Assembly (NCBI GenBank): GCA_026128965.1
Contig: JAHCIY010000002.1
Location: 2,000,468-2,064,467, forward strand
DNA length: 64,000 nucleotides
Source of the DNA: Labilithrix sp.
Lineage (GTDB): Bacteria; Myxococcota_A; Polyangia; Polyangiales; Polyangiaceae
Direction of reading: 5' to 3'
The notes under the pieces were generated by a model. The model was not told where the DNA came from. It was given only the letters and a program-made list of their open reading frames with translations, and did no database searches. Position numbers and translations under genes: made by a program. Shown piece by piece: positions 45,531 to 54,850 of the stretch. Each line of letters opens with the position of its first letter. The stretch's first letter is position 1.

Positions 45531-48253
45531 CTACTTGTCCATCGGGATGCGCACGTCCTTGAGCTGCTCGGGGAGCACGTCGACGACCAAGGTCTTCTTT
45601 ACCCCGTTCGGGGCCGAGAGCTGAAGCGTGTGACGACCCGCGAGGACGGGACGGCTGAAGATGTGTCCGGGCCCGAGCGGCGTGCCGTTGTCGATGATCT
45701 GATCGCACTTCGCCGGCATACAAACGACGGTGAGGCTGCCCATCGCGCCCGGCCTCGGCGCGGGAGCGGCGGCCGGCCCGGAGCGGCTGCGGCGCGGGCG
45801 CCGGCGCGACGGGCTGCGGCGCGGGCGCGACCGGCGGCGGCGCGACCTGCTGCGGAGCGACCGCGACCGCGGTCGGCGCGGGCGCGCGACCGGCACCGGG
45901 GCCGGGGAACGACGCCGCCCGGCGGCGGCGCGATCCCGCCCGTCGGGGGGAGCACCGGCGCGGAGGGCTGCGGCGCGGTCGCGTTCTGGAACGCGTCCCG
46001 CGCGGCGGTGAACGGACCCGCGACCGATCCCGCGCTCGAGCCCACCGGCGCGGTGCTCTTCGCGACCGGCTGCGGGTTCGTCGTCGAGATGATCGCGATG
46101 ACGATGCCCGCGACGAGGAGCGCGACGGAGCACGACAGCGCGGCGACGACCCACATCGGCGGGCGGCGCTTGAAGCGCTGCGCCGTCATCGTGCGGTTGT
46201 CGTTGTGCTGGATGCGCTGCACCGTCGGCGCCATGCGCGGGCCCATCATACCGACCTGCGTGATGGGGACGAAGTCGCCTTGCGGACCGGTCGGCGCCTG
46301 CTGCTGCCGATAGATCGGCATCGCGTGCGTGTTGTAGTCGGCCTGCTGCTGCTGGTCGTACCCCGCCGGCGTCGTCATCCCGAGCGGGTTCGGGTTCGAG
46401 CCCGGGATCTGGTCGTACCCGCCGCTGTGCATCTCGCCGGGATACGACGGCGAGTGCGAGAACGACGGCTGCGAAGGCGAGGCGTGCGCGATCGGCCCCG
46501 TCATCGCCGCGATGCGCTGGGCGTTCGGGCGCGGCGGCGTGGGCACCGGCCCCGGCGGCATCGGCGCGTTCGGGTTGCGCCCCGCCGCCGGCGTCGGCGG
46601 CGGGTAGCCGGGACCGGCGTGGTTGGGCTCGCGCGAGTTGCCGACGATGGTCTGGTCCTGGTCCTCTTCGGCGAGCTCCTCGGCGTCGAGCACCTCGGCC
46701 GACGCGGCGCTGCGCGCAGGCGGCCGCCCTTGCTTCGGGCGATCGGCCTCCGAGATGTGCATCAACGTCGGCGGCTCGCTGAGCCCGCCGCGGTACTGAT
46801 CGCTCAGCGCGGAGCCCTGGATCGTGGGGCCGTCGCCGTCGGCCGGATGCGCGTCGTCGTCGAGGAGGCCCGCGCTGATCGGCGCGCCCGCGGCGGGGCG
46901 CGGCGCCGGCGGCGGGCGGCCGAACTTCGGCGGACCCGACGGCCCGCGCGGGGTGGTGAGCGAGTTCGCGGTCTCTTTGCCGTCGGCGGGGAGGATCTGC
47001 GGGCCCGGCGGAGGCATCTGTCCCCATCCGCCCGGCGGGGGCGCGCCTGCGGCGGGGGCCGGCGGCATGCCGGCGGCCGGTCTCGGCGGGCCGCCGGCGG
47101 CCGGCTTCGGCGGACCCGCGGGGCGCTCCTCCGAGTTCGTGTACTCGCCCGTCCCGAGCTTCGGCTTCGAGAGGAGCTGGTCGACGTTGATCGTCTGCGT
47201 GACCTCGGCCGCCCAGCGGAGGTGCGCCTCGCGCTTCTGGATGCGGTCCTGGAAGATCTGTTGCGTGTATGCTGCAACTTCATCGGACGCGATGAAGAGG
47301 CCGCGCCGCATGAGGAGCGACTGCAGCGCGCGCGAGAGCTCGCGCGCGGTCTTGAAGCGCTCGCCGCGGTTCTTCGCGAGCGCCTTCATCACGATCTTCT
47401 CGAGGTCGACGGGGTAGCCGCGGATGAGCGTCGACGGGCGCGGGACGTTGCACTCCTGCACCTTCGCGAGCGTGTCGAGATCGCTCTCCATGCGGAAGAG
47501 CCGCTGCCCGGTCGTGAGCTCCCACAAGACGACGCCGAGCGCGAAGATGTCGGTGCGGCGATCGATGGTCTCGCCGTGGACCTGCTCCGGGCTCATGTAC
47601 GCGAGCTTGCCCTTGAGCGTGCCCGCGCGCGTGTGGCTCATGCGTGAGCTGAACTTCGCGATGCCGAAGTCGACGACCTTGGTGACGCCGTCGTACGTGA
47701 CGAAGAGGTTGTGCGGGGTGACGTCGCGGTGGACGAGGCCGAGCTTCTCACCGTTCTTGCCGAGCAGCTCGTGCGCGGCGTGGAGGCCCTCCGCCGCATC
47801 GGCGATGACGCGGCACGCGATCTCCGGCGGCATCGCGGTGCCGAGCTCCTCGGTCCGCCGCATCACCTCGCGGAGCGGCTCGCCATGGAGGTACTCCATC
47901 GCGATCCAGTACGTGTCCTCGTGCTTGCCGAGGTCGAACACCGTCGCGACGTTCGGGTGCGAGATGCGCGCGGCGACGCGCGCTTCGTCGAGGAACATCT
48001 GGACGAAGGAGTCGTCCTCGACGAGGTGGGTGTGGATCTTCTTGATCGCGACCCACTTCTGGAAGCCGCCGGGGCCGTCCATGCGTGCAAGGTGCACGCT
48101 CGCCATACCGCCGATGCCGATCTCGTCGACGACGCGGTAGCGCCCGAGGAAATAGGTGCCGCCGCTCTTGATGTCGGACATCGACGGGTTGCCCGGCCCG
48201 AGGGGCTGCGACGCGATCTCCGGCGGCGGTCTATGCGCGCGATCCTGCGGCAA
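45531..48253 (-). CDS. Ser/Thr protein kinase with a Pro-rich linker, one TM segment and a C-terminal PEGA domain; the reading frame is disrupted at about 45760-45950
   Basis: Kinase motifs IGIGGMASV, AIKK, HRDVTPHNLF, DFG and SPEQ. TM segment MWVVAALSCSVALLVAGIVIAII. The PEGA domain (GSLTVVCMPAKCDQIIDNGTPLG...HTLQLSAPNGVKKTLVVDV) is encoded in a different frame ending at 45531. The probable start is the ATG at 48181 (MSDIKSGG). Confidence 0.7.
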
Positions 48254-48309
48254 TTCGAGGGCTCCTCAGGTGGGATTGGACGGACGGGACGGAGGAAAAG
48301 TGTAAGCGG

Positions 48310-49260
48310 TCAGCGATCGTTCGTGCGCGGAGAGTCGATGTCGAGGTTTGCGGGCGGGCGCGTCCCGAAGAAGACCGCGCTCCCGACGCCGGCGAGGACG
48401 ACCCCGCCGATGACGTAGGGCCACGGCGAGGACCAGAAGCCGCCGCCGCGACGGAGGTTCTGGTCGCCGCGCGGCGCCTGCGGGCCCTGCGCGGTGAAGC
48501 CCGAGCCCGTGCTCGCGGCCGGGCCGGTGGTGGACGAAGACGACGAAGAAGGACCGGTCGCGGGGCCGCCGCCCGTGCCGTACTCGGGAGGGACGCGGAC
48601 GCGCTCTTCGACTGACGCGATCCGGTTCTGGTGGTTGTCGAGCGCGTCGACGCGCACGACGATGCTCGCGCCCGGCAGCGTGACCTCGGGCCCGATCTCG
48701 AACTCCACGCTCTCGTCGGGCTTCGCGTCGAGCGAGATCTCCTTGCCGGTCGTCCCGTCCTTCGCGACGACGCCGATCTTCGCGACGATCGGCAGGTGTC
48801 CTTTGTCGAGCGTGGCCGTGACCTTGAACGGCTTTCCGGATGCGGTCTCCTTCACCGTCTTGATGCCGAGCTGGATGCTTCCGATCTTCGCGGTGTCCCG
48901 CTTCGCCTTCTCGGCGTAGGGCGCGGAGCGGCTCCGTCCTTCGGGCGGCAGCGTGAACGTCGCGTCGATGATCGACGCCGCCTTGAACGCCGCGATCGCC
49001 TGGTCCTTCTTGCCGAGCGCCGCGCGGATCGCGCCGAGCCGCACGTATCCCTCGAGCACCTCGGGCGGTGCGAGCCCACCTTTCTCGAGCGCCTCGCGAT
49101 AGAGCGGCTCCGCCGTCTCGAGCGAGCCGCGGTCCCACGCGGCCCGCGCCGCGCGCAGCGCAGGCCCACCCGCCGCGTTGTCCTCCGCGAACGCAGAGCT
49201 CGCCAGCGCCATGCAGAGCATGAACGACACGACGAACCGGGCGAGCGACGAAACGCGCAA
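48310..49260 (-). CDS. secreted TPR-like/TM-anchored hypothetical protein upstream of the kinase
   Basis: Signal peptide, TPR-like helices, Ser/Thr/Gly-rich linker and a C-terminal TM segment (YVIGGVVLAGVGSAVFF). Confidence 0.5.
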   Translation of the reverse strand: MRVSSLARFVVSFMLCMALASSAFAEDNAAGGPALRAARAAWDRGSLETAEPLYREALEKGGLAPPEVLEGYVRLGAIRAALGKKDQAIAAFKAASIIDATFTLPPEGRSRSAPYAEKAKRDTAKIGSIQLGIKTVKETASGKPFKVTATLDKGHLPIVAKIGVVAKDGTTGKEISLDAKPDESVEFEIGPEVTLPGASIVVRVDALDNHQNRIASVEERVRVPPEYGTGGGPATGPSSSSSSTTGPAASTGSGFTAQGPQAPRGDQNLRRGGGFWSSPWPYVIGGVVLAGVGSAVFFGTRPPANLDIDSPRTNDR

Positions 49261-49310
49261 TATCTAGAAACGCTATCGCGCCGTAGCAAGACCGCGCAAG
49301 GAGCGGGGTT

Positions 49311-49640
49311 AGTACTCAACTCAACTCAACGTCGGGGCTTCGCCCCGACACCCCACCCCAGACACGGCCCTCGCGCTGCGCGCTCGGGGCGCTTCGCGCC
49401 CGCTTGCGCGGCCGCTTCTGGGGCCCCGTTGGGGGCTCACATCGGGTGTTGCCCGACACGCACCCCCGACACTCACCCCCACAGGCCACAAGGACATGCC
49501 GCCTCCGGGTGGCCCCCGGGTGGCCCCCGGGGCCCCGCGACCGCGGCCGCTTAAGCGGTTGCGAAGCAACCCGAGCGCGCAGCGCGAGGGCCGTGGTCGC
49601 GGGGTGGGGGTGTCGGGGGCGAAGCCCCCGACGTTGAGTG
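49311..49640. repeat. inverted pair of an element of about 125 bp (head-to-head copies at about 49311-49440 and 49515-49640)
   Basis: The reverse complement of 49598-49640 (ggggtgggggtgtcgggggcgaagcccccgacgttgagt) matches 49311-49350. Internal segments (ggccctcgcgctgcgcgctcgg, gcggccgc) also match. A third copy lies at 62088-62210. Confidence 0.6.
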
Positions 49641-49660
49641 CCTTACTTACAGATCACCCT

Positions 49661-49895
49661 ATACCTCGCACGTCACCGGAATACCCCGCACGTCACCGGA
49701 ATACCCTCGCACGTCACCGGAATACCCCGCACGTCACCGGAATACCCCGCACGTCACCGGAATACCCGCACGTCACGGAAAATACCCCGCACGTCACGGA
49801 AATACCCCGCACGTCACGGAAATACCCCGCACGTCACGGGATACCGCACGCACCCGCACGTCACGGAACACCCCGCACCCGCACGTCACGGGAAC
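49661..49895. repeat. tandem array of about 11 units of a 20-bp repeat (consensus ATACCCCGCACGTCACCGGA)
   Basis: Five near-identical ...CACGTCACCGGA units are followed by three ...CACGTCACGGAA units and degenerate terminal units. The units are contiguous with no spacers. Confidence 0.85.
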
Positions 49896-50659
49896 GGCTG
49901 CGCTGGGCGGCCGCGTTCGAAGTAGAACGAGAACACGCCGCGGAGGTGGCCGCGGCAGGGTGGGGGAGGGCCTTCGCCGCCTGGTTGCGCGTCGCGGGGG
50001 TCGGCGAGGTAGATGTCGAAGCAGCCGGCGTTCAGGCGCTCGGCGGCGACCTCCTCCTCGAGGCGGCCGTTCGCGAGGCTCGTGAAGGCGATGAAGCTGC
50101 GGCCGCTGCCGAGGCCGCCGGGCGCCATCTTGTCCGGGGCGCAGCCCTGGGCCGGGTCGGCGCCCATCATCTCCTTCACCGTGCAGGTCCCGTCGCTCGG
50201 GAGCGTCACCTCGTCCACCGCGTTGAGCGTGACGGTCTGCGTCTTGCAGCTTCGCTGCAAATAAAGTGAAAACGCGACAATCGCGGGATCCGGGTCAGGC
50301 GTGACAGGCGTCCCCGCGGGCGTGACCTCGGCGGGGATGTCGACGCGGAGGGTCTCGCCATAGCGGCCCTCGAAGCCGCGGCCGTCGGGCCTGATCTTCT
50401 TGATGTCGTTCACCTGGATCGAGATGCCGTCGGAGAAGTTCTGGAAGTCCGAGCCGCGCTGGATGCGGAGCGTGAGGCTCGTCTCGCGGTACGGCACCGC
50501 GGCGAAGAAGTCCGGCTCGAGGTCGAACGAGCCGTTCCAGCACTCGGGGATGTTGAGCGTGCCCTGGATGCTGCCGGCGCCGTCGCCTTGCGAGCACGCG
50601 GGCGCGCTCGCGGCGAGCGCGGCGAGGACGACGGCGGCGCTGGCGAATCGCCGGAGCAC
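49886..50659 (-). CDS. hypothetical lipoprotein
   Basis: AALAASAPACSQG lipobox. 257 aa. Confidence 0.55.
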   Translation of the reverse strand: MLRRFASAAVVLAALAASAPACSQGDGAGSIQGTLNIPECWNGSFDLEPDFFAAVPYRETSLTLRIQRGSDFQNFSDGISIQVNDIKKIRPDGRGFEGRYGETLRVDIPAEVTPAGTPVTPDPDPAIVAFSLYLQRSCKTQTVTLNAVDEVTLPSDGTCTVKEMMGADPAQGCAPDKMAPGGLGSGRSFIAFTSLANGRLEEEVAAERLNAGCFDIYLADPRDAQPGGEGPPPPCRGHLRGVFSFYFERGRPAQPFP

Positions 50660-50668
50660 GAGCCCACG

Positions 50669-51730
50669 CTAGCAGATGCGCGCGCCGCCGAGGACGCGGT
50701 CGCCGTCGTAGAAGACGGCCACCTGGCCGCGCGACACCGCGCGCACCGGCTCGTGGAACGCGATCGCGTCGGCGGAGACGTGGCCGGACGCCCCTTCGTG
50801 CCGGTAGCGCACGCGGATCCGCGCCTCGCGCGGCAGCTCCACCCCCGGCGCGACGACGACGTCCTCGATCCGAGCGCTCGTCGCGGCGAGGTCGTCTTCG
50901 TCGCCGAGGTGCACCGTCGCGGTCGCAGGATCGATCGCGGTCACGAACGCCGGCCTGCCCAGCGCGACGCCGAGCCCCTTCCGCTGCCCGACCGTGAAGC
51001 GGTGCACGCCGTCGTGCATCCCGACGCGCCGGCCGTCGCGATCGACGATCGGCCCCGGCCGGAGCCGCGGCTTCGCCCGCTCTTCCACGAAGGTGGCGTA
51101 CGCGCCCGCGCCCGCGCCGACGAAGCAGAGCTCCTGGCTCTCGCCCTTCGTCGCGCCCGGGACCTTGCGCGCGAGCGCCTCCGCCCGCACCTCCGCCTTC
51201 GTGCTCTCGCCGAGCGGGAACACGAGCCGCTCGAGGTGAGGGAGCGTCGTCGCGTAGAGAAAGTAGCTCTGGTCCTTCGTGCCGTCGTGTCCCTCGCGGA
51301 TGAAGGGCACGCCGTCGTCGGTGCGCCCCATCCGCGCGTAGTGGCCGGTCGCGACGCGCGCGGCGCCGAGCCGATCCGCGAGCGCGACGAGCTCCGCGAT
51401 CTTCACCCCGCGGTTGCACGCGGCGCACGGGCTCGGCGTCTCGCCCGCGACGTACGCATCGACGAACGGCTCCACCACCGTGCGCGCGAAGAGCTCGCGG
51501 CGATCGAAGGTGTAGTGCGGGATGCCGAGCGCGTCGGCGGTGCGCCGCGCGTCGTACTGGTCCTCCGGCGCGCAGCAGCGCCCGTGCGATCCCGCGCCCG
51601 TCTCGGGGTAGTCCCAGAGGTGGAGCGTGACTCCGACGACCTCGTGCCCCGCGTCGACGAGGCGCGCGGCGGCGACGGCGGAGTCGACTCCGCCGCTCAT
51701 CGCCACGATCACGCGCTCCTTCGCCGCCAT
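50669..51730 (-). CDS. mnmA: tRNA-specific 2-thiouridylase MnmA
   Basis: RVIVAMSGGVDSAVAA PP-loop and catalytic Cys motifs (CAACNRGVK, ELCFVG). ATG at 51730. Confidence 0.9.
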   Translation of the reverse strand: MAAKERVIVAMSGGVDSAVAAARLVDAGHEVVGVTLHLWDYPETGAGSHGRCCAPEDQYDARRTADALGIPHYTFDRRELFARTVVEPFVDAYVAGETPSPCAACNRGVKIAELVALADRLGAARVATGHYARMGRTDDGVPFIREGHDGTKDQSYFLYATTLPHLERLVFPLGESTKAEVRAEALARKVPGATKGESQELCFVGAGAGAYATFVEERAKPRLRPGPIVDRDGRRVGMHDGVHRFTVGQRKGLGVALGRPAFVTAIDPATATVHLGDEDDLAATSARIEDVVVAPGVELPREARIRVRYRHEGASGHVSADAIAFHEPVRAVSRGQVAVFYDGDRVLGGARIC

Positions 51731-51770
51731 GGCGCGAGAACCTAATGGCGCGCGGCGCAAGAAGGAAGCG

Positions 51771-52102
51771 CTACTGCCCCTGCAGCACCGTCTTCACGCC
51801 GTTCGTGGCGCGGTCGACGAGCTTCGCCGAGAGGTCGACCGCCTCGCTGTAGCGGTAGACGCCGGCCTGGAGCGCGAGGAGCTCGACGTTGCCGAGCTCC
51901 TTGCCGCTCCCGACCGCCTTCTCGACGAGCTTCTCGCCGCGATCGCACTCGCGGCCGAGGCCGGCGAGGACCCGCGCGAACGGGGACGGCTCCGCCGGCG
52001 GCGCGGCGCGCTCCGCGTGCTCGGGTCGCTTGCCGTGGCCGTGGTGCGCGAGCTCGACGTCGAAGCCACCGTCCCGCAGCGCGCTCGCTCCGATGATCCG
52101 CA
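51771..52102 (-). CDS. small hypothetical protein downstream of the sigma factor (anti-sigma or regulator candidate)
   Basis: 110-aa ORF with good GC3 immediately 3' of the group-3 sigma gene. No recognisable motif. Confidence 0.35.
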
Positions 52103-52150
52103 TGGAGAGGGGGGTCGGCCTCGGCCCGCCCGCGGTTGCGCGCTTTTTCG

Positions 52151-52840
52151 CTACTCGATGCGGGCGCGCTTCATCGCCCGGGCCAGCCCCTCGATCGCGC
52201 GGGCGTGGAGGCGGCAGCCCCACGACTTCGACAGGCCGATCTCGCGCGCGGCCTCGTCGATCGTGATCTCGTCGAAGTAGATCCGCTTGAGGAGGGTCCG
52301 CTCCTGATCGGGCCGCTCCTCCATCGCCGCCTTCAGCTTCTCGATCATCTCGGCGTACGAGACGTTCGACTCGGGGCTGTGGTCCGCGTCCTTCGCGTGC
52401 TCGAGCGCCTCGCTGCGGCGCATCGCGAGGAAGCCGACCGCGGCCGCCATCGCGGCGGTGGCGAGCTGATCGCCGAGCGCCTTGTCCGCCGCTTCGGGCG
52501 AGCGCGGCGGCGCGGCCGCTTGCTCCTCGAGCGCCGCCTCGTGCACGCGGTCGGCGGCCTGGACGGCGCGGAGCTTGCGATAGACGCGCTTCGGCAGGCT
52601 CCCGGTCTGGCGCATCGCGTCCACCATCCCGCCGCGGATGCGGAGGGCGGCCCACTTCCTGAAGGGAATGCCGCGATCGGGATCGAACGAGCGCGCCGCG
52701 TGGAGGAGCGTCTCGCGGCCTTGCGAGACGAGGTCCTCGTACTGCATTTGCCCTCCGAACTGGCGGCGCATCCCACGCGCGATCGCGTCGACGACCGGCA
52801 TGCCCTCCTCGATGCGCGCGATGACGTCGGGCGTGTCCAT
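52151..52840 (-). CDS. group 3 sigma-70 family sigma factor (FliA/SigB-like)
   Basis: Region 2 (YEDLVSQGRETLLHAARSFDPDRGIPFRKWAALRIRGGMVD) and region 4 (ITIDEAAREIGLSKSWGCRLHARAI). The ATG at 52840 is preferred over the TTG at 52864. Confidence 0.8.
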   Translation of the reverse strand: MDTPDVIARIEEGMPVVDAIARGMRRQFGGQMQYEDLVSQGRETLLHAARSFDPDRGIPFRKWAALRIRGGMVDAMRQTGSLPKRVYRKLRAVQAADRVHEAALEEQAAAPPRSPEAADKALGDQLATAAMAAAVGFLAMRRSEALEHAKDADHSPESNVSYAEMIEKLKAAMEERPDQERTLLKRIYFDEITIDEAAREIGLSKSWGCRLHARAIEGLARAMKRARIE

Positions 52841-52946
52841 CTCGAACCCTGAGGTTATCCACAATCCCGGAAGACGACCGTGAGAGTCAAGGCACGTCGA
52901 GTCTTCCCATCGCTCGCGTGAATGGTATGGGTGCTCCTCCTCGTCG

Positions 52947-53627
52947 ATGAGCGATCATCAGAAGCCGAGCGACCGAGACGTGACGTCGGTGCGGATCGCC
53001 GCGAGCGAGCGCGCGAGCTCCATCGATCCGCGCGCGCATCAGGCGTGGCGGACGTGGCTCGCCGCGCTGGCGAAGGACGCCGACGCCGTGACCGCGGCCG
53101 CGCTCGCGTACGAGTCGCTCGACGCCGACGGCCGGAGCGCGTGGCTCGACGCGCTCGATCACGACGCGCCCGACGTCGAGGTGCCGAAGATCGCGCTCTA
53201 CGCGCCCCTGCTCGGGGTGGAGGAGGACGACGAGCGCCGCGCCCGCATCGTGCTCAACGTCGTCGGCGCGGCGCGGAAGAGCACGCCGCCGCGCGCGTGG
53301 GTGGGGCGGCGCGGCGAGGACCGCGTCTGCCTCGTCGTGACGCCGCTCTACCTCGATTTCGTCGAAATCCTCTGCTGCCGCTACGACCCCGACGTCGGCG
53401 TCCGCGACGCGTGGCACAAGTGGCTCGCGCACACGTCCGACGTCGCGAAGCACGGCGCCGAGGTCGGCGCACAAGAGGAGGCGCTGCTCCCCGAGGTCGT
53501 CGAGGAGCTCGCGCACGCGGTGGTGGCCGATCGCCGCGCGGGCCGGAACGCGCCGCCCTCCCTCGTCCGCTACATGGACCTCTTCGCGCCCGATCTCGCG
53601 CACCCCGCCCGCTCCGAAGACGAGTAA
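52947..53627 (+). CDS. hypothetical protein
   Basis: 226-aa ORF with coherent codon bias and acidic composition. Confidence 0.45.
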   Translation: MSDHQKPSDRDVTSVRIAASERASSIDPRAHQAWRTWLAALAKDADAVTAAALAYESLDADGRSAWLDALDHDAPDVEVPKIALYAPLLGVEEDDERRARIVLNVVGAARKSTPPRAWVGRRGEDRVCLVVTPLYLDFVEILCCRYDPDVGVRDAWHKWLAHTSDVAKHGAEVGAQEEALLPEVVEELAHAVVADRRAGRNAPPSLVRYMDLFAPDLAHPARSEDE

Positions 53628-53639
53628 GATCCGTCCGCG

Positions 53640-54290
53640 GTGATGGACCGGCCCGACCTCGACAAACGTTGCGGGAGCTGCGCCCGCTTCGTTCGCGTCA
53701 TCGAGACGATCGACGAGAACGGCGAGGTGAAGCGCAAGGGCGAGTGCCTGCTGATGGTGTGGCCGCCGCCGCTCTACGAGACGAACACGTGCTCGCAGTA
53801 CGTGAAGAAGGGGACCTTCACCGGCAAGCCGGTCCCCAAGCCGCGCGCGATCCGCAGCGGGTCGCCGCGGCCCGCCGCGCGGCCGGGCGAGCCGCGGGCG
53901 CCCACCCAGTTCACCCTTCCGGAGGAGCTACTCGACATGAACGCTGACGAGTTCCGTGAGATCTTGCGTGAGGTCATCCGAGACGAGCTCGGCGTCGGCG
54001 ATCCGCAGCTCGGCGCCCGATGGGAGGGCGGCGAGGTCATCCTGAAGCCGGGCAAAGAAGGCACCCAGGAGAAGCGGATCCCGATCGAGTCGCTCTTCAC
54101 GAAGATCGTGATGATCCGCGACAAGCTCCGCGTCCTCGAGCAGAAGATCAACGCGCACGGGAAGCTCTCGCCGGAGGAGAAGGTTCAGATGCAGGGCTAC
54201 GTGACGGGGTGTTACGGCTCGCTCACGACCTTCAACCTCCTCTTCGCGAACAAGGGCGACAACTTCGTGGGCCAGAAAGGCGACGACTGA
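53640..54290 (+). CDS. hypothetical conserved protein
   Basis: 216 aa. Four N-terminal Cys in CGSC...C..C..C spacing suggest a possible metal-binding site. Basic-linker and helical C-terminus. Confidence 0.5.
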   Translation: MMDRPDLDKRCGSCARFVRVIETIDENGEVKRKGECLLMVWPPPLYETNTCSQYVKKGTFTGKPVPKPRAIRSGSPRPAARPGEPRAPTQFTLPEELLDMNADEFREILREVIRDELGVGDPQLGARWEGGEVILKPGKEGTQEKRIPIESLFTKIVMIRDKLRVLEQKINAHGKLSPEEKVQMQGYVTGCYGSLTTFNLLFANKGDNFVGQKGDD

Positions 54291-54292
54291 CC

Positions 54293-54826
54293 TTGCGGCG
54301 GTCCGCGCTCGTCCTCGCGCTCTTTGCCGTGGCCTGCGGCCCGAAAGAAGGGGAGGGGCCGCCGGTCGGCGTGTCCACGAAATCGGGATCGTCCGAGATC
54401 GAACGGGTCGAGAAGGCGGCCGTCTTCGCGTTCGACCCGCTCGACGACGAGCGGCCGGTGAGCTCCGAGGCCTTCCGCGGAAAGCCGGCCGTGATCTGCT
54501 TCGTCACGACCGGCGACCTCAACAGCCAGGCCCAGGCGAGCTACCTCGTCCACATGGCCAAGAACGACGGCGACCGCGTGTCGTACGCGATGGTGGCGCT
54601 CCATCCACGGAAGGAGATCGTGCTGGTCGAGACCTACCGGCAGACGCTCGGGGTCGAGTTCCCGGTCGCGCTCGCCGACGCGGCGGCGACCTCGAGCGCG
54701 GGACCCTTCGGCGAGATCCCGGCCGTCCCGACGACGGTCATCCTCGATCGGCAGGGCCGGATGGTGTGGAAGCACACCGGCCTCGCGAAGCACGAGGAGA
54801 TCCGCGGTCACATGCACGGGCTTTGA
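54293..54826 (+). CDS. thioredoxin-fold (redoxin/TlpA-like) lipoprotein, single-Cys
   Basis: TTG start gives MRRSALVLALFAVACG lipobox. Redoxin-like core (KPAVICFVTTGDL...VILDRQGRMV) lacking CxxC. Confidence 0.55.
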   Translation: MRRSALVLALFAVACGPKEGEGPPVGVSTKSGSSEIERVEKAAVFAFDPLDDERPVSSEAFRGKPAVICFVTTGDLNSQAQASYLVHMAKNDGDRVSYAMVALHPRKEIVLVETYRQTLGVEFPVALADAAATSSAGPFGEIPAVPTTVILDRQGRMVWKHTGLAKHEEIRGHMHGL

Positions 54827-54850
54827 GGCATTGCCGCCTCGAGGCCTATC

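Noticed and set aside
42556-45723. 1055-aa minus-strand ORF treated as one gene
   Set aside because: Only the last 418 codons (RlmD) are protein-like. The upstream portion is an out-of-frame read-through across the separate lipoprotein gene 43809..45497 and the kinase 3' end.
49661-49895. Possible CRISPR array
   Set aside because: Repeat units are directly contiguous with no intervening unique spacers and no cas genes nearby. This is a plain tandem repeat.
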